A stretch of DNA of 64,000 nt from Mobula hypostoma (lineage: Eukaryota). A program made the position numbers and the translations under genes. Below the pieces are notes generated by a model. That model searched no databases. It was not told where the DNA came from and saw only the letters and a list, made by a program, of their open reading frames with translations. This document shows positions 1 to 13,200 of the stretch, in pieces (position 1 is the stretch's first letter; the number at the start of each line of letters is the position of its first letter). Where the stretch lies: positions 43,030,001 through 43,094,000 of the forward strand of contig NC_086108.1 of NCBI RefSeq assembly GCF_963921235.1, given 5' to 3'.

Positions 1-1460
1 GTTCCTGTACCACCTTCCTGATGGCAGCAACAAGAAGAGAGCATGACCTGGGTGATGGGGGGGGCCCCTGATGATGGATGCTGTTTTCCCGTGACGATGG
101 TGCTTTCCATATAGATGTGCTCAGTGGTAGTGAGGGCTTTACTGTGGGAGACAGAACCATATCCGCTATTTGTAGGATTTTCTGTTCAAGAACATTAGGA
201 TTTGCATACCAGGCTGTGATGAAGCCAGTCAATATACTCTCCATCACACATCTACAGAAATTTATCAAAGTTTTAGATGTCATGTCAAATCTTCTCAAAC
301 TTCTAAGGAAGTAAAAGGTGCTGCTGTAATTGCACTTGCATGCTGGGTCCAGGACAGGTCCTCTGAAATTATAACACTGAGGAATTTAAAGTTGCTCACC
401 CTGTCTACCTCTGATCCCCAATGAAGACAGGCTCATAGACCTCTGGTTTCCTTCTCCTGATGTCAACAATCATATCCTTGGTCCTGCTGACATTGAGTAA
501 GAGGTTGCTGTTGTGCCACCACTCAGCCAGATTTTCAAATTACTCTCCTAATTGCTGACTCGTCGCCACCTTTGATTCAGCCAGTGGCAGTGGTGGGGTC
601 AGCAAATTTAAATATGGTGTTGGAGCTGTGCTTAGCCACACGGTCATAAATGTAAAGTAAGTAGATTGGGGGCTAAGCACACAGCCTTGTGGCAGACCTG
701 TGCTGATGAAGACTGTGGAGATGTTGCCAATCTAAACTGACTTTGGTCTGTAAGTGAGGAAATCGAGGATGGAATTGTACTAGGAGGTACTGTATTGATG
801 CCAAGATCTTGAAGCTTATTGATTAGTTCTGAGGGGATGATAGAATTAAATCCTGAGCTGTAGTCAATAAGGAGCATCCTAATGTATGCATCTTTGCTGT
901 CTAGATGTTCCAGGGATGAGTGAAGAGCTAATGATATAGCATTTGCTATGGATCTGTTGTGCTGGTAGGCAATCTGGAGTGCATGCAGTTCACTTCTCAG
1001 GCAGGAGTTGGTGTGTTTCATCGCTAACCTTTCAAAACACTTCATTGCTGTGGGTGTAAATGCTACTGGACAACAGTCATTGAGGCAGGTTACCATGTTC
1101 TTCTTGGGCACCAGTATAATCGAAGCTTGCTTGAAGCAGGTGGGTTCCTCAGACTGCTGAAGATCTCAGGGAATTCTGCATCCAGTTGATCAGCACAGGT
1201 CTTTAGTCCTCAGCCAGGTATCCCATCTGAGTCAGATGCTTTCCATAGGTTCACCCTCCTGAAGGATGCTTTCATGTCATCCTCAGACTGAAATCACAGG
1301 GTCATTGGGAGCTGTGGGAGATCGTGATGGTTACTCCTTGTTTTGACGGTCAAAGCGAGCATCGAAGGCATTGAGCTCATCTGGAGATGAAACCCTTTTG
1401 TCACCTGTGTTGCTCGATTTCACTTTCTAAGAGGTAATAGCATTCAAGCCCTACCACGGC
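1..1460 (-). mobile_element. Rex1/Babar-clade LINE, degraded RT region (intron 1)
   Basis: ORF 644..1111: CLND..PVA.T..AMKCFERL, RML.IDYSS.FN.IIP; many frameshifts. Confidence 0.88.
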
Positions 1461-1819
1461 TGTTCAAAATGTTTGATCAATGTATGTTTTCTCCCAAGTA
1501 TAAAGTATTGGATTATATATTGGTTGTGATAGAAAGAATTTTCAGTTGCTTATGTAAGGATTGTGGACATAAGTGCACGAACCGCTATGAATGTGAACTT
1601 TTAAAAGCCAGTTTTCCCAGGAAGTCCAGTGGCCATGTTTGTTTGCAGATGATATGTTTACAGGTAGTTTTACTTCGAATAGCAGGTAGAGCTTGGATGA
1701 ATTTCCACAATCTCCTTCGGCACTACACCTCAAAGGCTTAGCCCCCTGCTCTATTCACACTGTATTTATAATCATAATTCATAATTATAGCTTTATGATC
1801 CCATCATCTCAGTGGAAAT

Positions 1820-2340
1820 GAGAATTGACTTCCACCAACTACCCTCCCCTTGGAAATTAATGGGCGGGCTGTGTTTGTGGTCGAGTCATTCAAATTCCTA
1901 GTGACTATTACCATACATTGAAGTGGGACAAGACATTACATTCATCACTAGGAAAGCCCAGCAGAGATTGTTCTTCCTACGCCAGCTTAGGAAACTTAAT
2001 ATCTCAGGGTGTATCCTTATGAAATGTTACTCATCTATCATTGAGAGTGTTATAACCACCTCTATCACCATTCATTTTCCTGGTGTCTCCTCCCTCTCCA
2101 AGTCCAGCTTGCAACGTGGTCCGCTCAGTGGAGAAAATCATTGGCTTTCAGCAACTGCCATTAAAAGACCTGTTTGTTACCAGAGAAAAGAGAGAGGTGG
2201 AAACTACTAATTCCACCCACCCTAGCAGACTCCTATTCATCAAATTGCCATCATGGAGTTCTACAAGTCCGTCACCTCCAGAACTGCGCATCATTTCCAA
2301 AGCTTCTATCCTGTAGCTAAACAGCTTCTCAACAAAACTC
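1820..2340 (+). mobile_element. Old Rex1-like LINE 3' fragment
   Basis: ORF 1923..2210 RKAQQRLFFLRQLRK...SIIESVIT. Confidence 0.8.
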
Positions 2341-2619
2341 ACTGAGATCTAATACCCTAACTGTCCCTACACAACATACATTAAATGGTCTTTCCTGCTT
2401 TCCTTGTTCTGATAATTAATTAGTCTGTTCATATGTTCACAATTATTTAAGTTTGATTCTTTATGTTTGCACTAATTGTTGATTTCTCATGGCTGTTTGT
2501 CTTGTAAATTGTTTGTTGCTATAGTGTTGTCTGTTATGGTATTGTGCTGGATTTTATCTTTGGCACTGAATCACGATCAATTCTGGTAATATTGGTCATA
2601 TTGGTAATTAAGGGTTTCT

Positions 2620-3606
2620 GATGACTGTAAGCCTAAGCACATCTCCAATGCCATGTTTAAGTTTACCGATAATACCACTATTGTTGGCTGAATCAAGTGT
2701 GGTGATGAATCAGCATGTGGGAGGGAGATTGAAAATCTGGCTGGGTGGTGTCACAACAACAACCTCTCACTCAATGTCAGCAAGACCAAGGAGATGGTTA
2801 TTGATTTCAGAAGGAGGAAACCAGAGGTCCATGAGTCAGTCCTCATTTGGGGATCAGAGGTGGAGAGAGTCAGCAACTTTAAATTCCTTGTTGTTATCAT
2901 TTCAGAGGATCTGTCCTGGGTCCAGCAGGCAGGTGCCATTACAAAGAAAGCATGGCAGCACCTCTACTTTCTTAGAAGTTTGCAAAGATACAGCATGTCT
3001 TCTAAAACATTGACAGATCTCTATAGATATGTGGTGGAGAGTATAATTGACCGATTGCATCACGACCTGATATGGAAACACCAATGCCCTTGTACGAAAA
3101 AGCCTACAAAAAGTAGTAGATACTGCTCTGTCTATCATGGGTAAAGCCCTCCCCACCATTGTGTACATCTACATGGCGCACTATCGCAGGAAAGCAGCAT
3201 CCATCATCAAAGACCCCCCCACCATAGGCCATGCTCTTTTCTTGCTGTTGCCATCAGGAATGAGGTTCCGGACCCTCAGTACCTGTTCCACCAGGTACAG
3301 AAAGAGTTATTAACCCTCGACTGTTAGTCTCTTGAACCAGAGGGGATAACTTCACTCAAATTCACTCACCCCATCACTGAACTGGACTCATTTTCACAGA
3401 CTCTTAATCTCATTTTCTTGATATTTATTGCCTATTTATTTATTATTTTTTTTTATATTTGCACTATGTTTTTTTTACTGTTGGGTGTGGCCTTTCATTG
3501 ATAAAATTGTGTTACTTGTATTTACTGTGATTGCTTGCAAGAAAATGAATCTCAGGGTTGTTTATGGTGACATATGCACTTTGATAATAATTTTACTTTG
3601 AACTTT
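2620..3606 (+). mobile_element. Rex1-like LINE 3' end with tail
   Basis: ORF 2794..3144 VIDFRR...VERVSNFKFL...KKAWQHLYFLR; ends ttttactttgaactttg. Confidence 0.88.
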
Positions 3607-3839
3607 GATATGCTTCCAACCCGACCTTGTCTTCAGAAACATTGTAAGATATTGTGATATTTTGGTTGGTATCATTGATTTAATTCTGCATCCTTCCTAT
3701 ATAAAAAAAAGGCACAAGTGCATTCAGGAGGCTATTTTACTGATTGTGGTGCCAGTAGTTCCAAAGTTGCACATGGATTCCAAGGATTTAATCAAAGGAC
3801 TCATTTAAATGCCACAATATTTGTATTTTCTTATTGTAG

Positions 3840-3935
3840 CCTCAAGGAATAGGTGCACCAAGTGTATACCATGCTGTGATAGTAATATTTCTAGAGTTCT
3901 TTGCTTGGGGACTTCTGACAGCACCAACGCTTGTG
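3840..3935 (+). CDS. MFSD14A: MFSD14A/HIAT1 coding exon 2 (PQGIGAPSVYHAVIVIFLEFFAWGLLTAPTLV)
   Basis: ttgtag acceptor, gtaag donor, 96 nt, phase 0/0; peptide nearly identical to vertebrate HIAT1 as recalled. Confidence 0.96.
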
Positions 3936-5472
3936 GTAAGTTGTTATCTAAATTATATTGCCTTTGTTAATCAGAGTGAGATCTAAAATCAGAATCAGAC
4001 ATATTATCACTGGCAGATTGATGATTACTGTTGGTATTGAATTAGCTATTTTGTAATTAGGCTGCAATAATGTGATTCTATATAAAATTATATTTTTTGA
4101 CTTCATTCTATACAAATATGATTTCTCCTTGAAAAAAAAATCATTTATTCCAAATATATTTCAATCAATTAAGGGATCTGAAAGGAGAAAGCATCCACTT
4201 GTAAAATATGGGATGAAGCTCTCCCACTGAATGACTGCATTGCTAGTCTGTTTCAATACCAGTGGTTTTGTTCACATTGGATTAATATTAATTAAATACA
4301 ATCTGTTCATGCAGTAAGATGAGATGAGTTCTGATGTAAAATCAGAATACTAGCTTCCATTTCCATGTTAGACTGGTTAACCCTCTTGCTGGAATGACTA
4401 TGATATTTAATACATCTTTTCCTCCAACATCCCCCTTTGTCCTTATTTTTGTTTGATGTTTCTATACAGGACACTCTTCCTAATTTGGACTGAATTGTAG
4501 AATAAAAAGATAACCTTGAATGTGAAAAATAAATAATTATCAAATGTCATGAAATCTTTTCTAATTTTTTATTTAAAATTTCCTTTGAATACTGTTAAGT
4601 GCTTGAGTTATTTGGATTTTAAATTGTGTTCAAAGTGAAGGAATTACGATGAGATAAGGGAGCACACCCCTCCCCTTTTGAGATACTCTTTGTCTGTATC
4701 AAAGGCCTAAGAAACTGCCAAGCTCCCTCTATACCAACAAACCAAAATAGCTCATTTTTAAATATGTTATCCACCAACCATCATGGGGCTGGTCCAAATT
4801 ATAATGTTGGTAGGTGCTAAATTAGGGGTCCACAAATAAGACAACATTTTGCAAATTCAGTGTCTAGAACTATAAAGTATATCATTCAAATTTCCTGAAT
4901 TGAAAGGCTAATATATAACTCTCTCTATGCTCAAATAACTTTCTTCTCTCTTATTAATTTGTTGAATTTACTTGATTATACTTCTTGACTAGCTTAGTCC
5001 ATGTGTTGGCATATCAGTTGTTTATGATTTTCAGTTGCATCTGAATTTCCAACTCCCGTAGGTTGTTGGTAATATAAATTGTCTTGCTAACATGCAAGAG
5101 ATAAAACCATAGATAATGAGTTATAGCTCAAAGGTCTGTTTTTCATTTACATTGAGAAGTAAAGTATCCAATCCATTCCCATAGTTGGGTTGTTAACTTA
5201 GCAAGTGAGCCCAAGACTTTAATGATGCATATTTTGCACTCAGCCAAAATGAAAAATGAAGGAATAAAGGTTGTTATGTATTTGAAAGGTGGGAATTGGA
5301 ACCTGTGGGATTAAAATTAATCTACTGTAAATTTCAGATTTTATTACAGTTGAAAATATAAAAAATCTTAACTTTTTTGCAATGCTGATGAACAGGTCAG
5401 GTTGTTTACAAGCTGGTGTTTGTTTAATAAGGTAACATTGTGATGGACAGTTTCTATTCTTATATTCTCTAG

Positions 5473-5535
5473 GTCTTGCGTGAAACATTTCCCAAACATA
5501 CATTCTTGATGAATGGCTTAATCCAGGGTGTAAAG
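5473..5535 (+). CDS. MFSD14A: MFSD14A exon 3 (VLRETFPKHTFLMNGLIQGVK)
   Basis: ctctag acceptor, gtaaa donor, 63 nt. Confidence 0.96.
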
Positions 5536-6259
5536 GTAAAGCTGAAATTCTTGTAAATTTCTCAGCAATTTGATAAATTGTTCTTTTTATAGAAAGGTAC
5601 TTTTAAAATCATAGTTGAGTTCTTGATTTTTGTTTTCTCAGTACTATTCATTTGGAGCTGGAAGCCACATGTCAAAGTGAGAGACAGAGAAAGTATAAAT
5701 GGTTTATAAAACCTTGTTATGTCCTAATGTCAGGTGCATCAGGGCCAGTTGATTCCTTTATTCCCTCCTCCTCTAGTGCCATGTAAATTTTCTGGAGAGG
5801 TAGGAAAAAAGACAGATGATCATTGGGTTAATAACAGAAAAAATACTCAAAAGATTCATCTGTGGCACGCTTGAGCAATAAATCTATCCAGCCACTCACA
5901 TAAACTACACCTTATCTAAGAGTGCTTGTCCATTTAAGGAATAGTTTGCTTTTGGGAGCTGGAAGGCTCACAGTCCATCATGCTCCCTGTATATGGCTCA
6001 GCTAGAAGTAGTTATCTTTAGCTAGAGATTGAATTGCATTACTGGACTGCAGCTGCATAATAAATAATAAAGTGTTCTTTTCCTTTAGTTAATGTGAAAT
6101 CAGCAACTTTAACTATAGTTTTATTTATTTTTGTTGCGGTAATAATTTCAAGTATAGGGAAAAAACTTAATGCAAGGTATTGTCAAAATTAATTGGTTTA
6201 ATTTTCTGTGTAAATGAAATAAAAATGAACATACTGATGCAAAGTTTTTTTTCCTTCAG

Positions 6260-6387
6260 GGATTACTGTCATTTCTGAGTGCACCCTTGATAGGTGCACT
6301 TTCAGATGTGTGGGGGCGAAAGTCCTTTCTCCTGCTGACTGTTTTTTTCACTTGTGCTCCTATTCCTTTAATGAAAATTAGTCCATG
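6260..6387 (+). CDS. MFSD14A: MFSD14A exon 4 (GLLSFLSAPLIGALSDVWGRKSFLLLTVFFTCAPIPLMKISP+TG)
   Basis: poly-pyrimidine/cag acceptor, gtaag donor, 128 nt; contains MFS motif A GxLSDxxGRK. Confidence 0.97.
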
Positions 6388-6654
6388 GTAAGTTTATTTA
6401 CATATGTGGTGAATGAAAAAGGCAGACTCTGCAAACTTGACTCTCCAGAAAGGCAAGGGTGGAAGGTCCTTAGTACAAGAACTACCTACAAATTCACTAT
6501 AAGCAACATATTCACCTGACTTTAAAATTTATCACACAGTCTAAATTTTGAAGTTCCCAAGCCAAAGGCAGTTCAGGATTGCCTCTGTCAGACAGACTTC
6601 AATGATTTCTTATCATCTTGGACAATTAGGGTTCGGGAGATAAAAAACATACAC

Positions 6655-7272
6655 ACTGTTTCTAAATCTCTTCTAGTTCTTGTCTCACCCAACCTCAGTG
6701 GAAAAAGCCTGCTTGCAATTATCATATCTGTACCCCTCATAATTTTGTACACCTCTCAAATCTCTCCTCATTCTCCCAGAGAATAAAGTCCTAACCTATT
6801 TAACCTTTCCCAATTACTCAGGTCCTGACAACATCCTTATGCATTTTCTCCGTACTCTTTCAGTCTTACTAATATCCTTCCTGTAGGTAAGTAACCAGAA
6901 CTGCACACAATACTCCAAATTAGGCCTCACTAATGTCCTATACAACTTCAACATAACATCTCAACTCCTGTTCTCAATGCTTTGATTTATGAAGGACAAT
7001 GTGCCAAAAGTTCTGTTTACAAATCTATCTACCTGTGAAGCCACTTTTAAGAAATTATGGTTCTGTATTCCCAGATCTCTGTTTACCACACTCGTCAGTG
7101 CACTACTGTTCACTGTGTAAGCCCTACTGTGGTTTTTCCTCCCAAAGTGCACCACCTCACATTGTCCAGATTAAATTGTTCATACTGTTTTTCCAGCTGT
7201 TCCAGATTCCACTTAATGATTTGATGGTCTTTCTTGTTTAGTAGACCCCAATCTTGGTGTCATCCACAAATG
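6655..7272 (-). mobile_element. CR1 LINE fragment (intron 4)
   Basis: ORF 6961..7155 HFGRKN..Y.VN...RDLG; FVDDTKIG motif near 7240-7270. Confidence 0.85.
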
Positions 7273-7335
7273 TATTATGACTTTCTTTTAAATTTCTTCT
7301 GATATCAAAACTCTCATTGTATTTTTTTCCCTTAG

Positions 7336-7450
7336 GTGGTATTTTGCAGTTATCTCTGTGTCTGGAGTATTTGCTGTAACCTTCTCTGTAGTATTTGCTT
7401 ATGTAGCTGACATAACACAGGAACATGAAAGAAGTATGGCCTATGGATTG
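7336..7450 (+). CDS. MFSD14A: MFSD14A exon 5 (WYFAVISVSGVFAVTFSVVFAYVADITQEHERSMAYGL)
   Basis: cccttag acceptor, gtaaa donor, 115 nt, completes the phase-2 Trp codon. Confidence 0.96.
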
Positions 7451-7698
7451 GTAAATGAATTTTTTATTATACATTATTATCCAGACTAATTTAATTGGGC
7501 ACACAGAGGAAAATTATTTAATGGAAAAACTGAAAATCCTATTTGGAACATTAGAAGCTCTGTGATAACTTCCATTAGTGTGGTACAGTGTTTTTAGTTG
7601 AATTACTCATTGTGTTGCACAGGATATGGTTACACATTATTTTTCTTTCACCAACACTAGATGAAATGCTGCTTCAGTGAATGAGTTATTTTTAACGC

Positions 7699-10600
7699 AG
7701 AATCGGAATCAGTTTATTATCACCAGCATGTGACGTGAAATTTGTTAACTTAGCAGCAGCAGTTCAATGCAGTACAGTGCATAAACTATCAGAGAGAGAG
7801 AGAGTGAGAAATTAATAATAAATACAATAAAACAATAAATAAACAAGTAAATCAATTACATGTATTGAATAGATTTTAAAATGTGCAAGAACAGAAATAC
7901 TGTTTAGTTTTTTAAAAAGTGAGGTAGTGTCCAAAGCTTCAATGTACATCTAGGAATCGGATGGCAGAGGGGAAGAAGCTGTTCCTGAATCGCTGAGTGT
8001 GTGCCTTCAGGCTTCTATATCTCCTGCCTGATGGTAACATTGAGAAAAGGGCATGCCCTGGGTGCGGGAAGTCCTTAATAATGGACGCTGCCTTTCTGAG
8101 ACACCGCTCCCTAAAGAAGTCCTGGGTACTTTGTAGGCTAGTGCCCAAGATGGAGCTGACTAGATTTACAACCTTCTGCAGCTTCTTTCGGTCCTGTGCA
8201 GTAGCCCCTCCTACCAAACAGTGATGCAGCCTGTCAGAATGCTCTCCACGTTACAACTATAGAAGCTTTTGAGTGTATTTGTTGACATGCCAAATCTCTT
8301 CAAGCTCCTAATAAGGTATAGCTGCTGTCTTGACCTCTTTAGAACTACATCGATATGTTGGGGCCATGTGAGATCCTCAGAGATCTTGACACCCAGAAAC
8401 TTGAAACTGCTCACTCTCTCCACTTCTGATCCTCTATGAGGATTGGTATGTGCTCCTTCGTCTTACCCTTCCTGAAGTCCACAATCAGCCCTTATTGATG
8501 TTGAGTGCCAGGTTGTTGCTGCGGCACCATTCCACTAGTTGGCATATCTCACTCCTGTACGTCCTCTCATCACCACCTGAGATTCTACCAACAATGGTTC
8601 TATTGTCAGCAAATTTGTAGATGGTATTTGAGCTATTCCTAGCCACACAGTCATGTCTATACAGAGAGTAGAGCAGTGGGCTAAGCACACACCCCTGAGG
8701 TGCGCCAATGTTGATCGTCAGTGAGGAGGATATGTTATCACCAATCCGCACAGACTGTGGTCTTCTGGTTAGGAAGTCGACGATCTAATTGCAGAGGGAG
8801 GTACAGAGGCCCAGGTTCTGCATCTTCTCCATCAGGATTGTGGGAATGATGGTATCAAATGCTGAGCTATAGTCAATGAACAGCATCCTGACGTAGGTGT
8901 TTGTGTTGTCTAGGTGGTTTAAAGCCATGTGGAGAGCCATTGAGATTGCGTCTGCTGTTGACTTATTGTGGTGATGGGCAAATTGCAATGGGTCCAGGTC
9001 CTTGCTGAGGCAGGAGTTCAGTCTAGTCATGACCAACCTCTCAAAGCATTTAATTGCTGCCGATGTGAGTGCTACCAGGCAATAGTCATTAAGGCAGCTC
9101 ACATTATTCTTCTTAGGTACTGGTATAATTGTTGCCTTTTTGAAGCAAGTGGGAACTACTGCCTGTACCAGTGAGAGGTTGAAAATGTCCTTGAATACTC
9201 CCGCTAGTTGGCGCAGATTTTCAGAGCCTTACCAGGTACTCCATCAGGACCTTGCTTTGCAAGGGTTCACTCTCTTTAAAGACAGTCTAACATCGGCCTG
9301 TGAGACAGAGATCACAGGGTCATCATGTGCAGCAGGGATTTTCACAGCTGTAGTTGTGTTCTCCCATTCAAAGCGTACGTGGAAAGCCGTTGAGTTCATC
9401 TGGTAGTGAATCATCGCTGCCATTCACATTATTGGGTTTCACTTTGTAGGAAGTAATGTCTTGCATAACCTGCCAGAGTTGCCATGCATCGTTTGAAATT
9501 GTCTCTTCACCCAATAGCCCTCCACAAATCATACCTGGTTTTCTGGTACAGGCCTGGGTTGCCAGACTTGAATGCCACAGAGCTAGCCTTTAGCAGACGA
9601 CATATCTCCTGGTTCATCCATGGCTTTTGGTTTGGGAATATACAGTAAGTCTTTGTGGGCACCCGCTCATCCACACAGGTTTTAATGAAGTCTATAACAG
9701 CTGCTGCATACTCATCCGGATTCAAAGATGAATCCCTGAATACAGTCCAGTCCACCGATTCAAAGCAGTCCTGTAGGTGCTCCTGTGCTTCCCTTGTCCA
9801 AACCTTCTTGATCCTCACTGCTGGTGCTGCAGTCTTCAGTCTCTGCCTATACTCATGGAGTAGAAGTACAGCTAAGTGATCAGACATCCCAAAGTGAGGG
9901 CGTGGAATAGTACGGTAGGCATTCTTGATGGTGGTGTAGCAATGGTCCAGTGTGTTGTTTCCTCTGGTATTGCAAGTGATATGTTGATGGTAATTGCTTA
10001 GTGATTTTTTCAGACTGGCCTTGTTAAACTCTCCCAAAACGATGGTGAAGGCATTAGGGTGCGCTGTTTCGTGCATGTTGATCCCATTGCTCAGATTATC
10101 TGAAGCCTGCTTGACATCGGCCTGAAGTGGAATGTAAACTGCTACCAGAATGACTGCAGAGAACTCCTGTGGTAGGTAAAAAGGACGACACTTTACTGCT
10201 AGATAATCCAGGTCTGGTAAGCAGAATTGGGATAGCACTGACTGATATATTTGTGCACCAAGAACAGTTGATTATGAGGCACACTCCTCCACCTTTGCTT
10301 TTGAGAGACTCTAGATCTATCCGTCAATCTGAATCACTGCATCCGGTGTGGAAGTTAACCAGGATTCTGTGAAACAAAGGACATATGCAGTCCTAATGCC
10401 CCTCTGATTCAGCACCCTAGCTCTGAGATCATCAATTTTATTCACCAGAGACTGCACGTTCGCCAGCAAGATAGTTGGTATAGGGAGTTTAAAACCCCGT
10501 TTCCTTAAACGCACTTGTAATCCTGATCTACACCCACACTTCCTCCGAGGTGTCCTCCGTGGGCTCTTCCGACCGGAGACTGTTGTTTCCATTGGTTTTA

Positions 10601-11210
10601 AGCAGCAATAATTCATTTAAACGCATTAAGACATCTTCGTTGACTGTGCTGACCTTGGAAGCAGTTGTGCATTTTAGCTGTAAAGCCTGATTTATACATG
10701 TGCGTACGGGCTGTACTGTAGGCCTGATTTATACTTTTGCGTAACCCTACTCCGTAGCAAGCATGCGTAGTTGTGTCTGCGTTGCTCTGCAATTCACCGC
10801 CAAAACGCTAGTTGGCGGTGGGGTTTCTATGCCACTGTGCTGAGTTTCTTCGTGAGAGACATGGACGAGGAAATGCATTTCAAATATTTTCGGATGTTGG
10901 CAGGTAGATTTGACAATTTGGTTCATCATCTCCAACCATTTATTTCGCATCAGTGTACAGTCATGGCGGAGAAAAGCAACTGGAAATGCGTAGGAGGAAA
11001 TGCGATGCTACCAAGCAGACCAGTCGCAGTTGTTGTGGTCTGCGTTGCCACGACGGGCGAGTTACTCTTTTGGGGAGGTGCACATCACCCTATGGCGCAG
11101 GGTACGCGGTACCTACGGTGTACATTTGACGCAGAAGTATAAATCAGGCTTAACAAGCTGAAACAGGAATATTTAATCTGATCCATTGAGAGTACTGCTG
11201 CTAACTATCA
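7699..11210 (-). mobile_element. Near full-length, frameshifted Rex1/Babar LINE (APE endonuclease + RT), antisense in intron 5
   Basis: ORFs 10317..10616 (LANVQSL, FTESWL), 9507..10238 (RPFYLP, TRGNNTLDHCY, SDH), 8785..9102, 8485..8751 ([21 protein letters not shown]), 8211..8423, 7939..8217. Confidence 0.93.
10684..11150. mobile_element. PIF/Harbinger-derived non-autonomous DNA transposon nested in the Rex1 5' region
   Basis: TIR AGCCTGATTTATAC...GTATAAATCAGGCT; TAA TSD at 10681-10683 and 11151-11153; internal peptide DEEMHFKYFRM...FDNLVHHLQPFISHQCT resembles a Harbinger transposase N-terminus. Confidence 0.85.
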
Positions 11211-11649
11211 CTCCTTTTCTTTGAGTTATTCTTGCCTTAAAAACCGTGCTCCATATGTTCCTTTGAATAGCTAAAGCAAGCTTAGCCTTTCCCACAACAA
11301 AAGTAGCCACCCTGAGATTGAAGATTTAACATCCTCTTTGATTGGGTCTATCATGTATTATTTCTGCACTCTTCCCACTTCCATCCTTGTAAACTGTAAC
11401 CTTCTTGTATGCAACATTGCAGCCCATCAGATTCTTCAATTGTTTAATTCTAGGGATTTCTTATTTAATTCTGCACATCCTTATCTATCAGATCATGGGT
11501 TTATCATATTTATTGGTGGGTTTTTAGCCACTCCCATAATCCCATCTATAGCTTTAATTTTGACCTCCTGTTTCCCATTCACAGGTTTCTAGATGCTTAA
11601 CTTCCCACTATCAATTTTAACACTCCCCACTTTGGATATGTAAAGTTTC

Positions 11650-13200
11650 TTGCAGGTAAACATAAATAAGCTCATCTCCAAACTCGTTGACCTCTGATTC
11701 TGCACCACTTCCTCTGCATCTGGATCCTTGACTTCCTGGTCAACAGACTGCAGTTAATAAACACGTGCAACAATTACCCTCAACACTCTGCAAGGTTGCA
11801 TCTTCAGCCCCACACTATATTCTCTGTACATTCATGACTGTTCATATTCCAATCACAAACAGGAAAAAATCTGCAGATGCTGGAAATCCAAGCAATGCAC
11901 ACAAAATGCTGGAGGAACGCAACAGGCCAGGCAGCTTTTATGGAAAAGAGTACAGGTGACATTTTGGGCTGAGATTCTTAGGCAGGACTGGCAGGAAAAA
12001 AAATGAATCTGAGTTGGAAGATGGGGGGAGGGGAGGAAGAAACACAAGCTGATAGTTGAAACTGAGAGGGGGAAGGGGTTGGAGTAAAGAGCTGGGAAGT
12101 TGAATGGTGGAAGAGATACAGGGCTGGAGAAGGGGGGAATAACATAGAAGAGGACAGAAGGCCATGGAAGAAAGAAAAGGGGGGGAGGAGCACCAGAGGG
12201 AGGTGATGGGCAGGCAAGGTGAGAGCTATTCCCTATCCCCTTTTCTCTCTCACCTTATCTCCTTGCCTGCCCATTGTGTTTCACCTTGTGTTTCTTCCTC
12301 CCCTTCTCCCATCTTCTAACTCTTGACTCCTCATCGTTTTTACCCCAGCCCTGCTGAGAAGTCTTGACCCGAAACATTGGCTGTACTCTTTTCCATGGAT
12401 GCTGCCTGGCCTGCTGAGTTCCTCCAGCATTTTGTGTGTGTTGCTTGGTCATATTCCATCTCTATTTATGATAACAGATGACACGACCGTTGTGGTTTAG
12501 ATCTCAAACAGTGACAAGATAGGGTACGGGAGGGAGATAATAGAGTCTAGACACTTTGTGTCAAGTAAACAATCTTTTTTGTAAGGCCAGCAAAACAATG
12601 ATACTGGTTATTTATTTAAGGAAACAGACAGAGTACACTTTTATGTCTCTGTTAATAGTGCGGAGGTTGCGATGGGTGAGAGCTTCAAGTTCCTCGGTGC
12701 AAATATCACCATTAACTTGTCCTGATCCAATTATGGGATGTTGAAGTCAAAAAAGCACACCAACACTTCTACTTCCTGAGAAGGCTAAAGAAATTCAGCA
12801 TGTCCACAATGACTCTTGCCAGATTTTATAGATGTGCTATAGAAAGCATTCTCTTTGGTTGCATAATTTCTGTGCCTAAAGTTGCAAGAAATTGTAGAGG
12901 TGTAAACCGGCACAGTTCCATCAAACAAACCAACCTGTCTTTCATGTCAGGCAGAAGATATAGGAAAACCTGAGAGAATGAACTACCAAACTCAAGAGCA
13001 GCTTCTATCCCACTGTTACCAGATTCTTGAACAGGCTTCTCATAGACTTATTGTAATCTAGGCATTTTATTTGAATCCCTGCAGTGCACTTTCTCTGTAA
13101 CTGCAACGCTGTATTTTGCATTCTGTTTTCCTTTTACTACCTTTGAGTAATTATGTATGACATGATCTGTTTGGATGGCACAGAAACCAAAAACTTTTCA
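11650..13200 (+). mobile_element. Degraded Rex1-like LINE interrupted by the Penelope-derived insertion
   Basis: ctctgcatctggatccttgacttcct, ttcaagttcctcgg and ctacttcctgagaaggctaaagaaattc motifs are collinear across the insertion. Confidence 0.75.
11852..12448. mobile_element. Penelope-derived inverted-dimer insertion
   Basis: Two oppositely oriented arms (…acacaaaatgctggaggaac… / …gttcctccagcattttgtgtgt…); 10-bp TSD TCATATTCCA at 11842-11851 and 12449-12458. Confidence 0.8.
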
